A DNA stretch of 63,745 nucleotides, counting the filler, from Octopus bimaculoides (lineage: Eukaryota), in assembly GCF_001194135.2 (NCBI RefSeq). It is 9 parts of 8 records of this genome, joined end to end, with 100 filler letters (N's around TTAATTAATTAA, not from the genome) between each part and the next. Parts side by side here need not be neighbours in the genome. Positions count along the whole stretch, not along the records: positions 21,061 to 43,980 come from NC_068986.1; positions 44,081 to 48,492 come from NC_068984.1; positions 48,593 to 51,307 come from NW_026432421.1; 6 more parts are not named here. One strand, 5' to 3'. The translations under genes were made by a program, and so were the position numbers. The notes beneath the pieces were generated by a model, which saw nothing but the letters and a program-made list of their open reading frames with translations, did not search any database and was not told the DNA's origin. Below are positions 38,336 to 51,307 of this stretch, piece after piece (position 1 is the stretch's first letter; the number at the start of each line of letters is the position of its first letter).

Positions 38336-39458
38336 GGGCAAAAGAAAAACATTTTCTATGCCAATATACTGAAAAACAGACTTTAGATTGTCTAGCCACA
38401 TATAATATTTTTTATTTATAATTTTCACCTTAAAAGGTATTTTAATNNNNNNNNNNNNNNNNNNNNNNNNNNNNNNNNNNNNNNNNNNNNNNNNNNNNNN
38501 NNNNNNNNNNNNNNNNNNNNNNNNNNNNNNNNNNNNNNNNNNNNNNNNNNNNNNNNNNNNNNNNNNNNNNNNNNNNNNNNNNNNNNNNNNNNNNNNNNNN
38601 NNNNNNNNNNNNNNNNNNNNNNNNNNNNNNNNNNNNNNNNNNNNNNNNNNNNNNNNNNNNNNNNNNNNNNNNNNNNNNNNNNNNNNNNNNNNNNNNNNNN
38701 NNNNNNNNNNNNNNNNNNNNNNNNNNNNNNNNNNNNNNNNNNNNNNNNNNNNNNNNNNNNNNNNNNNNNNNNNNNNNNNNNNNNNNNNNNNNNNNNNNNN
38801 NNNNNNNNNNNGGATCTCGATTTTATGGGTCCCAGAAAGATAAAAAAAAGTACAAATTCAACCCTGGTGAAATTTGAACTCAGTGCATAAGGAGACATAA
38901 ACATACACTGCAAGGTGTTCTACCAATTCTACCAATAAATAATTTACACACACACAGGCGGGGGTGGGCTGGGGTGGGGGAGAGAATAGACCTTTTATTG
39001 ATTTTAACGTTGAGTATTCAATCAACTGAAATAAATGCCTTCTCCTTGATTTATAGTCCAGGTGGTTGAGTATTCCACAGTCATGTATGCCCTTAAAGTA
39101 ATCCTTCAAAACTTCCATGCTTCCTGAAATTTGCCAACAGTAAATGACTCATTCTCTATACATTTCCTGTGTATTATTCTATCTGCTGTTCATGCACAGT
39201 TTTGGCTATCTTTTCTGATGAGTGCACCTGAACACTGTATACAGTAAGTACATTATTATTATTACTAGCAGGACTCATGAATATTTCATGGTAAACTAAC
39301 TGGGTTATTTCTGTAAACTTTATCCAAAAAACCTGAAAGCATAGCTTGTGTTGTGTCTGTATGGAAAGACAGTCGCTTATCTGCTACTCAGAAAGAGAAG
39401 GAGACTCAAATATAATGATTATTTAATGCACATTATACATACACTTTATATACTTTAT

Positions 39459-39618
39459 GCACAGGAGTGACTGTGTGGTAAGTAGCTTGCTTACGAACTA
39501 CATGGTTCCGGGTTCAGTCCCACTGCGTGGCATCTTGGGCAAGTGTCTTCTACTATAGTCTCAGGCCGACCAAAGCCTTGTGAGTGGATCTGGTAGACGG
39601 AAACTGAAAGAAGCCCGT

Positions 39619-39655
<37 letters not shown>

Positions 39656-39899
39656 ATATATATATATATGTATGTGTGTGTATATGTTTGTGTGTCTGTG
39701 TTTGTCCCCCCCAACATCGCTTAACAACCGATGTTGGCATGTTTACATCCCCGTAACTTAGCGGTTTGGCAAAAGAGACTGATAGAATAAGTACTAGGCT
39801 TACAAAGAATAAGTCCTGGGTTTGATTTGTTCGAATAAAGGCGGTGCTCCAGCATGGCCGCAGTCAAATGACTGAAACAAGTAAAAGAGTAAAAGAGAC
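39459..39899 (+). mobile_element. SINE family B, full length
   Basis: As above. Confidence 0.9.
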
Positions 39900-40248
39900 T
39901 ACCTGTGGGACACGAACTTGCATCTCTTTCACCTTTTAATGGTTTTTTTGTATTCAAATTCTCTGTCATCTTCCTCTTCACCTACCCTACTACATCTCCA
40001 CACCACTCCCCATTTACATAATATTCCCTTGGCAGCCATCTGTTACACAGGATTAACTAGAAAAATCACAGCTTACATTGTCTGCTAATCCCCACTTGGA
40101 GACCATCGTTTTATTTGCTGATTGAACAGACATTTTTCTTGAAATAAGATTAAAAGACAAAGGAGAAAAGAAAAATGTAAATTTTCTTCAAATTCCATAG
40201 CTTTTTTGTTTTTTTTTTGTCTTGCAATTCTATTTCTTAGTTGCTATT

Positions 40249-40312
<64 letters not shown>

Positions 40313-40421
40313 TATACAAATATGTAAGCATATATAAATATATGTGTATATACGTGTGTGTGTGTGTGTGTGCGGGTGCGAGTGTGAGCGTACATATACA
40401 TACACATGCACGCACACACAT

Positions 40422-40453
<32 letters not shown>

Positions 40454-41264
40454 GAAAGCACATAGGTGCAAAACAAGGTGAAAAAATAGTACTCATTTAA
40501 CAAAGGTAGACAATAATGTTATTTTATTAAAGCTGAAAACACTTCACAATCTGTTACTCAGAGTTTTGTGTGATCATTTGTCAGACAATTGTGATAATAC
40601 AGAATAAATGAAATTTTATGAATTGTGAGTATATATATTTTGTAGATACCAGTTCAAACAATAAGCATCTAAGTCTGGTTGGGTATAAAAAGTAACAGTG
40701 AAATAAATATAAACAATAATTGAATTGAAAAATTTTGTGTAAAAATGAGTAAAAAATATACAGAATATGATAGACTATGCCAAGAAATAGAAATTGTAAA
40801 TGATTAAAAGGAACAAAATAGAAGTAAATCAAAAAAAGAAGAGAGGGATAAATTGAAATTAAAATTAAAGATTAAAAGCTATAGCAGAGATTAAAATAAG
40901 TAAACAAATAAAAATAAACTAGTAATAAAGGAAAAGGAAAGAAACAAAGAGAATAACAGAGAGAAGGAATGTAGAAAAAAAAAAAGAAAGAAAAGTAGAG
41001 AAGTAAAAAGGAACAGAACTATAAAAGTGATAAGGTAGAGCAAGGAGTGAAGAGACAACTTAATACTATGTATATATAAAATATGTTGTGTATTGAAAGA
41101 AGATTTTGGTGGAATGGTAGTGGTTGTGGTGTCAAAGGTTGAAGGTCGAAGTGATAGAGACAAACCTGAGGGTGAGAAGGGAGAAAGAGTATAAGCAACA
41201 TAAAATTGAAAAGGATGAAAAAAAAAGGAACAAAACAAGAACACACAGACACAGTAAAAGGTAT

Positions 41265-41760
41265 GAGCTTAAATGTAGGTCTATACAGAGATGACAGCCT
41301 TATAGTCACCCATAACATGATTGAGCATGAACTCAATGGCCTCAGGAAAAATCCTGTATTTTTCCATCAAAAATTATAGTTGATACAAATCTTAGTGGTA
41401 TTAACTTTTTAGATATCAATTAAGACTTGGGATTGAACACTTTTAAACCTTATTGCAAGCTTAATGAAAGGCTATTCTACATCAGCAAAGGGCCAAATTA
41501 GTCACCCTTTATTCTTAAGAATATGGCTACGAATATAGGCAAGCTTATTTCCTCATTGCCATTTGACAAGGAAGCCTTTAACAATGCCTGTATTATAATG
41601 ATGCACTGCACAATAGCAGATTACCAGAGAAGATCCTTTATATCAATAGTAGGAGCAACCCCAGAAGGACTTGTAGAACTACAAGTAGAAAGATTTTGTG
41701 GTATAACCCAACATTCAGTATAGACATTAGAACTAATGAAAACAGATCAAGAACAACCAA
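41265..41760 (+). mobile_element. Penelope-like element RT/thumb fragment
   Basis: NVGLYRDDSL...INFLDI..L.LNTFKPYCKLN..LFYI..PN*SPFILKN...RKILWYNPTFSIDIRTN, with frameshifts and stops. Confidence 0.8.
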
Positions 41761-41772
41761 CAATGATGATAC

Positions 41773-41866
<94 letters not shown>

Positions 41867-43597
41867 CACACACAAACACACATTTTTGAAAGGACTGATA
41901 TTTAATTTTGAATATGTGATATTATTTAGAAGAAAGCTGAATTTTCTTCTGGATAGAACTGAATGGATCTGAGGCCAATATTCCCAGGAAATTTGGTACT
42001 TAATTCTGGTAGCTAAGTGTTTTACATTTCATAGAATTAAATGGAACACACCAAATACAGAAAGACAAACTCATGCAATGGACTTGAACTCAAAACTAAT
42101 GTGTTGGTTGCTTATTTCTTTATCCATTCTGTCAAACTTGAGAATACATTATCGTGTATTTGGCACAGAAATATGAAAGAGTAAAGAAAGAAATAACAAT
42201 TGTTGACTGTATAGATATAGAGATATATCAGAAAACTGGAGAGAAGCTTGTTATTTAGCTGCAGGTCATCCTGAAGCAAGTAGAAATTTAATAAAAGACC
42301 TTCTAGACAAACTATTCAGCCTAAGTATTACAATATATAGAAAAAAGGAGTTTAGTCATATTTACCATAATTATAGTTCACAAATCCTAAACAATACAGA
42401 AAGCAATTTTCATATGATATTTGAATTGTACCAGGGTAGGACATAAAAATATACTAGTTTCAGCACTGTAGAAATCATCTGATCTTTTTTTTTTCCCGAG
42501 AAAATCAATTTGAATTTTACTGTTCAGTTTCTTTAACGAGGTACTCATAGTCAAACAGTTATAAAAGGTGATTATCATTTAGTGTGCATGATTATAATGC
42601 ATTTTATTTAAATTATGATTCTTGAGGTTTTGAACATCTGACAATCAAGAGCTGAAACNNNNNNNNNNNNNNNNNNNNNNNNNNNNNNNNNNNNNNNNNN
42701 NNNNNNNNNNNNNNNNNNNNNNNNNNNNNNNNNNNNNNNNNNNNNNNNNNNNNNNNNNNNNNNNNNNNNNNNNNNNNNNNNNNNNNNNNNNNNNNNNNNN
42801 NNNNNNNNNNNNNNNNNNNNNNNNNNNNNNNNNNNNNNNNNNNNNNNNNNNNNNNNNNNNNNNNNNNNNNNNNNNNNNNNNNNNNNNNNNNNNNNNNNNN
42901 NNNNNNNNNNNNNNNNNNNNNNNNNNNNNNNNNNNNNNNNNNNNNNNNNNNNNNNNNNNNNNNNNNNNNNNNNNNNNNNNNNNNNNNNNNNNNNNNNNNN
43001 NNNNNNNNNNNNNNNNNNNNNNNNNNNNNNNNNNNNNNNNNNNNNNNNNNNNNNNNNNNNNNNNNNNNNNNNNNNNNNNNNNNNNNNNNNNNNNNNNNNN
43101 NNNNNNNNNNNNNNNNNNNNNNNNNNNNNNNNNNNNNNNNNNNNNNNNNNNNNNNNAATATGTGGTTTACAAAATTTGTTTCACACTATTAATTTTAATT
43201 CATTGTGAGTCTTGCACTCCACTTCCAAGTTAGTGGGAGGTCAGCTAAAATTCCTACACCAGCATAATTTGAAAAAAAAAAAAGAATTATCAGAGGTGAA
43301 TTTGTTGGTATGGTTGTTTGCCTTAGAATATATCCATGTGATCCCTGCTATTTCTAGCATACTAAACAGAAATGGAGAGGATAGATTACTTTCAAGTTTG
43401 TTTAACAGAGAAGTAGAGAGAAAGAAAGAAAGAGAGAAAGAGAGAAAGAAAAAGAGAGAGAGAGAGAGACACACACACACACAGATGAAGACTGCAATAA
43501 AATAATGAAAGAAATATTTACTGAGTAAATGAGTACAATTAGATGAATAAACGATACAAAGGTAAATTAGATGTAACATCAGAAAAATTCCACAGAT

Positions 43598-43970
43598 TCT
43601 TTTACTCTTTTACTTGTTTCAGTCATTTGACTGTGGCCATGCTGGAACACTGCCTTTAGTCGGGCAAATCGACCCCAGGACTTATTCTTTGGATGCCTAG
43701 TACTTATTCTATCGGTCTCTTTTGCCGAACCACTAAGTTACGGGGACATAAACACACCAGCATTGGTTGTCAAGCGATGTTGGGGGGACAAACACAGACA
43801 CACAAACATATACACACACATACATATATATATACAATGAGCTTCTTTCAGTTTCTGTCTATCCGAGGCTATAGTAGAAGGCACTTGCCCAAGGTGCCAC
43901 GCAGTGGGACTGAACCCAGAACCATGTGGTTGGTAAGCAAGCTACTTACCACACAGCCACTTCTACGCCT
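43598..43970 (-). mobile_element. SINE family B
   Basis: Reverse-complement full-length B copy. Confidence 0.85.
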
Positions 43971-44080
43971 ATAATTATTTNNNNNNNNNNNNNNNNNNNN
44001 NNNNNNNNNNNNNNNNNNNNNNNNTTAATTAATTAANNNNNNNNNNNNNNNNNNNNNNNNNNNNNNNNNNNNNNNNNNNN

Positions 44081-44375
44081 CTCAGCTCTTCAATGCCCTG
44101 CCAAAACATTTTAGAGACATGCAAGACATGGATGCGGAGGTCTTCAAGACAAAACTTGACGCTTTCCTCTCCACGATACCAGACGAACCAATGGCTCGTA
44201 ATGAGACGCAGTTTAGGGCAGCTGTGTCAAATTCTCTTATACACCAGATGTGCCATCAAAACTCTTGATTGGACCATGTCAGGTGGGGGAGAAGAGCCAT
44301 GCAAGGAACGTGAAAATCACGGTGGTGCACCAGCATGACCGCAGCCACTTGGCTGAAACACATAAATAAATAATA
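44081..44375 (+). mobile_element. CR1/L2-group LINE 3' end (ORF2 C-terminus plus 3' UTR)
   Basis: QLFNALPKHFRDM..DAEVFKTKLDAFLSTIPDEP...RAAVSNSLIHQM* (stop 44266-44268); ends GGCTGAAACA(CA)(TAAA)n. Confidence 0.75.
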
Positions 44376-44384
44376 AATAAATAA

Positions 44385-44415
<31 letters not shown>

Positions 44416-44672
44416 TACATACATATATATCTATATACACATATACATACAAACATCAGACACATAAAAATACACAGATATACATATATACGCACAAACA
44501 TACATACGTAAGAAAGGTAAGTCCATATGTACAAATACAGCTGTATATAGGCATGCACTCCCACACACACACATAGACCAGTAAAACCAGACATACATAG
44601 ACCCAGACGCTAAGACAACTGCATGCAGAGAAAGACATACTAACACACAAACCCACAGACAAACACACTCAA

Positions 44673-44713
<41 letters not shown>

Positions 44714-44743
44714 TGTACCACTAGATATACACACATATATCTA

Positions 44744-44812
<69 letters not shown>

Positions 44813-45857
44813 ATATATCCCTTCATATACACACTTTAAATAAATGTATGTATAAATGACATAGGAAGTTCTGAGGAAGCTACAAAGCAATGCACAAACA
44901 GTCAGCTTTAAGTGCTCTGCAACTTAAAAAAAGAGAAACAACTGTAAGCTAATGAATTTCATTGCATACTTTCCTGTACCTTGGTCATTTATTTAATTTT
45001 ATAAAAGTAATTTTATTCAGATCCTTAAAGCATTTTCCAGAACAACAAACATATATAATCCAACTCAATTTACAAGCATGTGCCACCTTAAGGTATGGGT
45101 AGACTGGGGTATCATCCATGAGGACCACAGGCCTATGGAGGCCAATTCTGATCCATGGATTGATCCGCCCAGGAGCCTGTAATGTTGCATCGACAAACCA
45201 AAACATATCCATTTCAAAATCATGGGTTGACTATATTTTACATAGATTTTTACAACATTCACAATCACAGGTGAACCTACAGAGTTTTGTAAGCTGAAGG
45301 TATAATTCATTTGGATATGGTTACTTGCCTAAGTAAAGTATGAATGTCTTTTTAGTGAGTGAAATTGCTGTTATGACACAACTAGTAGCACTTCCTGCAC
45401 CAAAGTTGCTTAGAATAAAGGGACTAACCAACCATGAATTTGATCAATGGTATTAACTTTATGAAAAAATGCTGATAGATTTTATGAAAGCATAAATCAA
45501 AAGCAGAAGGTGAGAAACAGAGGGAGAGGAAGTGTGAGAGAGTGAATAAGAGAGAGAGAGAGAGAGAGAGATCTGGTTTTTGTTTGTGGAAGTTCTATAG
45601 AATATAATAAACAGGAAAAGAATCAGTTAATTGCAAGATATTCATAAATGAGAAAATACCAAACACGGGTGATTCATCATCGTTGCTACCATCATCATTG
45701 TTATCATCATATTGCCATAAGCATCACTGTTATCGTCATCATCATCATTTCACATCTATTTTCCATGATGACATGGGTTGTATGGTTTGACAGCAACTGG
45801 TAAAGCCATTTTCTATCTTGGCAGGGTTTCTATGGTTGGATGCCCTTCCTAATGCTC

Positions 45858-46160
45858 TTGTGTGTCCACAGCTTGCACTGGGTACACCATATTGAACAGG
45901 GCCATTTACCTGAAGTGGGTAGGGTCCTGTCCGTCTTCTTGCTTACTAGAACTTTGGTCTTTGCTAAGTTAACTTTAAGGCCCTCTGATTCCAGGTTTTG
46001 CTTTTATGCTTGGAATTTCTTTTCAAGTTCTGCTATGGAATCTGCTATGAGGACAAATTCATCAGCATATTGCAGTTCCAAGGGGCAGCCAGTCTTGAAT
46101 TTCTCTGTTATAGTCTGAAGAACAATGGTGAATAGGATGGAACTTAGAACCGAACCCATG
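45858..46160 (-). mobile_element. RTE RT fragment
   Basis: GSVLSSILFTIVLQTITEKFKTGCPLELQYADEFVLIADSIAELEKKFQA*KQNLESEGLKVNLAKTKVL...SGKWPCSI. Confidence 0.85.
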
Positions 46161-47518
46161 CATACAAAATTTCACAGAGAAACACAATACACCCATCAAA
46201 CTCTGTAAAGTGGTTTTTGATAGAAAGAGCAAGCAGAATATAGACACCAATCCAAAAATGGAACACAGGAGCTAGAAGTGGTTCACTGACTTGACTATGA
46301 AGACAGTAACTTTAAATAACAATTAATTTGGATCGCAATGCTACGCCAAGCTGTTCAACCGTGGGAAAGCAGACATAAAACAATGACGATTATAATGATG
46401 ATGGTGGTGATGGTGGTGATGCTGGTGATGACAATAATGAAAATCATGGTGATGGTGCTGATGATATTGACAATGATGATGATACTCACATACACAAACA
46501 CTCACACAAACATACATAAACAATTACATAGAGAAACACAAACACACATTCAGACACATACATAGTAATCACATATACACACCTGTACACAAATCGTTCT
46601 TTTATCTTTTACTTGTTTCAGTGACGGGTCTGTGCCCCTTGGAAGGTTTTGGTTGAACAAATGAACTTCAGGACTTACGTTTTTATAGGCTTCCATACAT
46701 TTTCTGTCAACCAAATTCACTCACAAGATATTGGTTGACCTGGAGCTATTGCAGAAGACACTTGCTGTGCAGTAGAACTGAACCTGAAACCTGCAGTTGT
46801 AAAGCAAAGCTTCTTAACCACACAGCCATGCCTGTACTTATATATACACAGTCATGAATGAGATACGAGAGAGAGCAGAGAGGTAGGAGGAGAGGAAAGA
46901 AGAGAGAATTGAAGGAGAAAAGAACACATAAGGGTATACACTCACACATATGTAAAATAAATACACACATACACAAACAACACAAGTACCATATAAACAT
47001 ACACAAAGGTGCACACACATACAAAAACACTGACACACACATACACACACTCAATGTTTCTATCTTTCTCACACCACATCCTTGCACACACATAATACAA
47101 GCATACAAATACACATACACACACAAACACAGGCATGCACACACATGCATACGCAACTAACTGGAAAGAGATGAGAACTAGGAATGATTCCAAAATGCAT
47201 AGAACCATAAATAAATACAATGCCAAAATGATTAAATAAACTGGATGGAGCAGGTTTATTAAATAGTTCTAAGCAATATCAGATAAGGTTGTTCCTCTTA
47301 CGGTACACATTGCTGATGATAGCCATAAGCCAGAAATGCAACGGAATATTAAGGCAAAATTTTACACCTGCTTTTTGTCTTAATTTCTCAAAAAAAAATT
47401 ACAGTTGTTTTAATTCTATTGTGCATTTCCCCTCATAATATATATATGTATATGTATGTATGTATATGCACACACACACATATATATATATATACATACA
47501 CACAGACACACAAAGCTA

Positions 47519-48180
47519 TATGAGGTGGTGTCAAAAAGTTCCCAGAAGAATTCTGTAGTGCACCAACAGATGCCAGCACATGGTTCAATGCACTGTGAGA
47601 GCTAGCAGTGACCTTCATGAGACAGTGTGCTGAGTGACATTGTTGTGTTTACTTCACAACTTATGAAATTTGTGTGTATGCTATAGTCTGCGATTTTGTC
47701 ATCGACAGGAACAAAGAGCCAACATGAAATTTTGCGTTAAACTTGGGGTGCCTGCTACAGAGACATTGTGCATGCTTTGGCAAGATTACGGTGACGAGGA
47801 GACAATGGGTCACACACAATGTTTCAAGTGGCACAGGGACTTCAACAGCAGAAGAATGTCCCTGAAAGACAATGAGTAATATGGAAGACCTGCCATCACC
47901 CATAGAAATGTGGAGAAAATTCATCAGTTTGTGCATGAGGATCATCAGAGGACAATCAACGATGTTGCTGTTGTTCTGTCGTATGGGCCCATGAAGGCAA
48001 TCTTAACATTTGGATTCTTCACGATGATAATGCAACATGTCAGTGAGCTCTCCTCCCACATGAGTTTCTTACCAAAACTAATGTGGCATTGCTTTCACGC
48101 CTACTCAATTCACTAGATTTAGCACCTGTGAAGAACTTCCATCTCTTCCTCAAGACAAAAATACAGCTCTCATAGTTTCA
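47519..48180 (+). mobile_element. Internally deleted mariner
   Basis: TIR-like TATGAGGTGGTGTCAAAAAGTTCC; EQRANMKFCVKLG..ATETL.ML...YG..CFKWH..F; later a LDLAP..NFHLF remnant. Confidence 0.8.
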
Positions 48181-48296
48181 GTGTACAGCGCCATTAAATA
48201 ATTGATATTTTCATTATTTATGGGACACAGGTAAGCCAAACCTGACTTGTGGTGGAGGGGAACTCCAGTATAATAACAAACCAGTGTGTACAGCTG

Positions 48297-48333
<37 letters not shown>

Positions 48334-49020
48334 GTTTATAGAGAGGACTGATAAACTCAGCAGAAATGTAATATATAGAAAGATGAGTTCTTAACTTTTG
48401 TATATGGTTGCCAAATTCCATCACTAAGGTAAACATAGCTGAGTGATGGAATTTGGCAATCGTATACAAAAGTTAAGAACTCATCTTTCTATNNNNNNNN
48501 NNNNNNNNNNNNNNNNNNNNNNNNNNNNNNNNNNNNTTAATTAATTAANNNNNNNNNNNNNNNNNNNNNNNNNNNNNNNNNNNNNNNNNNNNGATTCTCA
48601 ACTGTACTAGCAGAGTGCTGAAGAGATTCTAAAAGTGCTGAGGGAGGTGGGTGAAGATACAATAGAACTATATGTAGTAGCACGTAACAGAATTAATGGG
48701 GGTGGGGAATTTATAGCTGGCTGAGTGAGAAAATGTAATTGAAAGCAACAGAGAAATACTCGAAATGGCATGCGTATGTATGTATGTATGTATGTATGTA
48801 TGTATGATTGTGCATGTGAGTATGTGCGTGAGTGAGTGCGCGTAGGCATGACTTTTGTGCGTGCGTAGTGTTTCTGTGTTATAGTTTTAGCATCGGTCAA
48901 AGATAGGTGAAGGACAGATTTAGAAAGGAATTGTGTTTATATCTAAAAGTGATACACTGCGATGCCAGCAGCATGCTGATCAATAAAATTGTTTGTTACG
49001 TTTATTGTTGTTGTTATTTC

Positions 49021-49848
49021 AAGGCGGCGAGTTGGCAGACTCGTTAGCACGCCGGGCTAAATCCTTAGCGGTATTTCGCCCGTCGCTACGTTCTGAGTTC
49101 AAATTCGGCTGAGGTTGATTTTTTTGCCTTTCATCCCTTTTATGGTCGATGAATTAAGTACCAGTGAGATACTGGGGATAGATGTAATCGACTAGCCCCC
49201 CTCTCCCAAAAGTTCAGGCTTTGTGCCTATGGTAGAAAGGGGTATTGTTATTTAAAGGCGGCGAGCTGGCAGACTCGTTAAGTACCAGTTGAACACTGGG
49301 GTCGATGTAATCGACACATCCCCTCCCCCCAAATATCTGCCCTTGCGGCAAAATTTAAAGCCATTATTGTTATTATTTTAAGGTGGCAAGCTGGCGGGAT
49401 CGTTTAGCACACGAGATAAAATGCTTAGCGGCATTTCATCGAATTTTACGTTCTGAGTTGAAATTCTGCCGTGCCTTAAATCCTTTTGGGGGTCGATAAA
49501 ATAAGTGCCAGTTCGAGCACTGGTATCGATGTAATCACCTAGTCCCCTCCCTACAAATTTCTGACCTTGTGCCTATAGTTGAAGGGATTATTGCCGAAGA
49601 GGTTGTGTGGTGGTCTAGACTGAAAGGGCTGAAGACAGACACTTTCCTCATTGGCCTACCCTTCGTCAACTTTTTCAGATACCACCTCCAAAGGAAAGTG
49701 AGGGTTGAGAGATAAGCGCTGACTTCCAGCAGATTTGTTGAAAGGTGGGTGAATGTGGCGAAGATGGTCCGTATCAACGGGCCTGCTTTGAGCATGCGCA
49801 TTTCGGTTTCCCCTCCCCACAAATTACAGGCCATGTGCCTATAGTAGA

Positions 49849-49887
<39 letters not shown>

Positions 49888-50348
49888 CGTTATTATTAAG
49901 GCGGCGAGCTGGCAGAGTCGTTAGCACACCGGGTAAAATGCTTAGCGGTATTTCATCCGTCTTCACATTCTGAGTTCGAATTCTGCCGAGGTCGACTTTG
50001 CCTTTCAGCCTTTCGGGGTCGATAAATTAAGTACCAGTGGAACACTGGGATCGATAAAATCGATTAGTCCCCACCACCAGCACTTCAGGTTTTGTGCCTT
50101 CAGTAGAAAAGATTATTACTATTTTATAAGCGGCGAGCTGGCAGAATCTTTAGCACACCGGGCAAAATGCTCAGCGGTATTTTCGTCTGTCATTACGTTT
50201 TGAGTTCAAATTCCGCCGAAGTCGACTTGGCCTTTCATCCTTTCGGGGTCGATTAATTAAGTACCAGTTGCGTACTGGGGTCGATGTAATCGACTGGCCC
50301 CCTCCCCGAAGCTGCTGACCTTGTATCAAAATTTGAAAGAATTATTTT
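49021..50348 (+). mobile_element. Head-to-tail array of five SINE C heads plus one extra tail
   Basis: Heads at 49021, 49255 (internal deletion), 49380, 49898 and 50128; TTA-rich joints. Confidence 0.9.
49596..49802 (+). mobile_element. Probable L1/Tx1-like ORF2 C-terminal fragment inside the SINE array
   Basis: EEVVWWSRLKGLKTDTFLIGLPFVNFFRYHLQRKVRVER*ALTSSRFVERWVNVAKMVRING; the W..W...F...W pattern resembles L1-clade ORF2 C-termini. Confidence 0.5.
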
Positions 50349-50987
50349 ATGGAAGAAATTAATATAATTATATATTTGGAGCAAAATCTATGTACGAGTC
50401 GGTGGTGTTGGGGTAGATGGAGAAAGATGTGGAGATTAGCTGTACTCTGTGACACGATTTTCTGGAGGTTGTATTAGAGGTGGCGTTGGGGATAAGTCTA
50501 CTCTCCGCTTAAAAATTTGACGGTGCCCTACATCGAAATTCTGGTAAATTTCAGTTGTAATGAAATACAGGAATAATTAAATTAGCGAAGAAAAGAGAAT
50601 CGTGTCATATGGAACGACGCTTGCAGAAAAAAAAAAAAGGAAAAAGTTAAAAATGTGGGGGTTACTTCTACTCCCCGACCCAAAATTGGACTGTGCCCTA
50701 CAGCGAAGCTCTGGCGAATTTCACTTGTTATGAAACACAGGGATTATTAAAATACGAACCCTCCCCTCGCCGACAAAATCGTGTCGAAAGGGACAGCTAT
50801 TCTGAAACTTCGGTGAAGGAATTTAATGAATTTCTATGAGAAATAATATAATTGGATGGATGGCCAATTTTGTATTTTGTAAGATTTTGAGTTGTTAGGA
50901 GCAGGGCCTTCCTAACAGTATTAGAGGTGCGCGATCAAAGCAATTAACTGAGTGTGGTGTCTGTTATTTATTTATTTATTAATCTCA

Positions 50988-51307
50988 GGCATAGCTGTCT
51001 GGTTAAGAAGTTCGCTTTGCAATCATGTGGTTTCGGGTTCAGTCCCGTTGCATGGCTCTTCGGGCAAGTGTCTTCTACTGTAGCTTCCGGCTGACCAATA
51101 CCTTGCGAATGAATTTGGTTAATGGAAACTGTGTGAAAATTCATTGTCTGTGTGTGTGTATTTGTTTGTTTTCTCTTCTCACCGCTTGACAAGCGGTGGT
51201 GGTTTGTTTACGGCCCCGTAAGTTAATGGTTCAGCAAAAGTGAGTGACGGAATAAGTACCAAACTTGAAAATAAGTACTGGGGTTGATTTGTTCGACTAA
51301 TTCCTTC
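50988..51307 (+). mobile_element. SINE family B variant
   Basis: Head GGCATAGCTGTCTGGTTAAGAAG, CORE-like TTCGGGCAAGTGTCTTCT; truncated by a gap. Confidence 0.75.

Noticed and set aside
42366-42386. Possible 21-nt minus-strand microexon (ttgtttag|...ATG|gtaaat)
   Set aside because: Splice-like signals only; no homology or transcript support.
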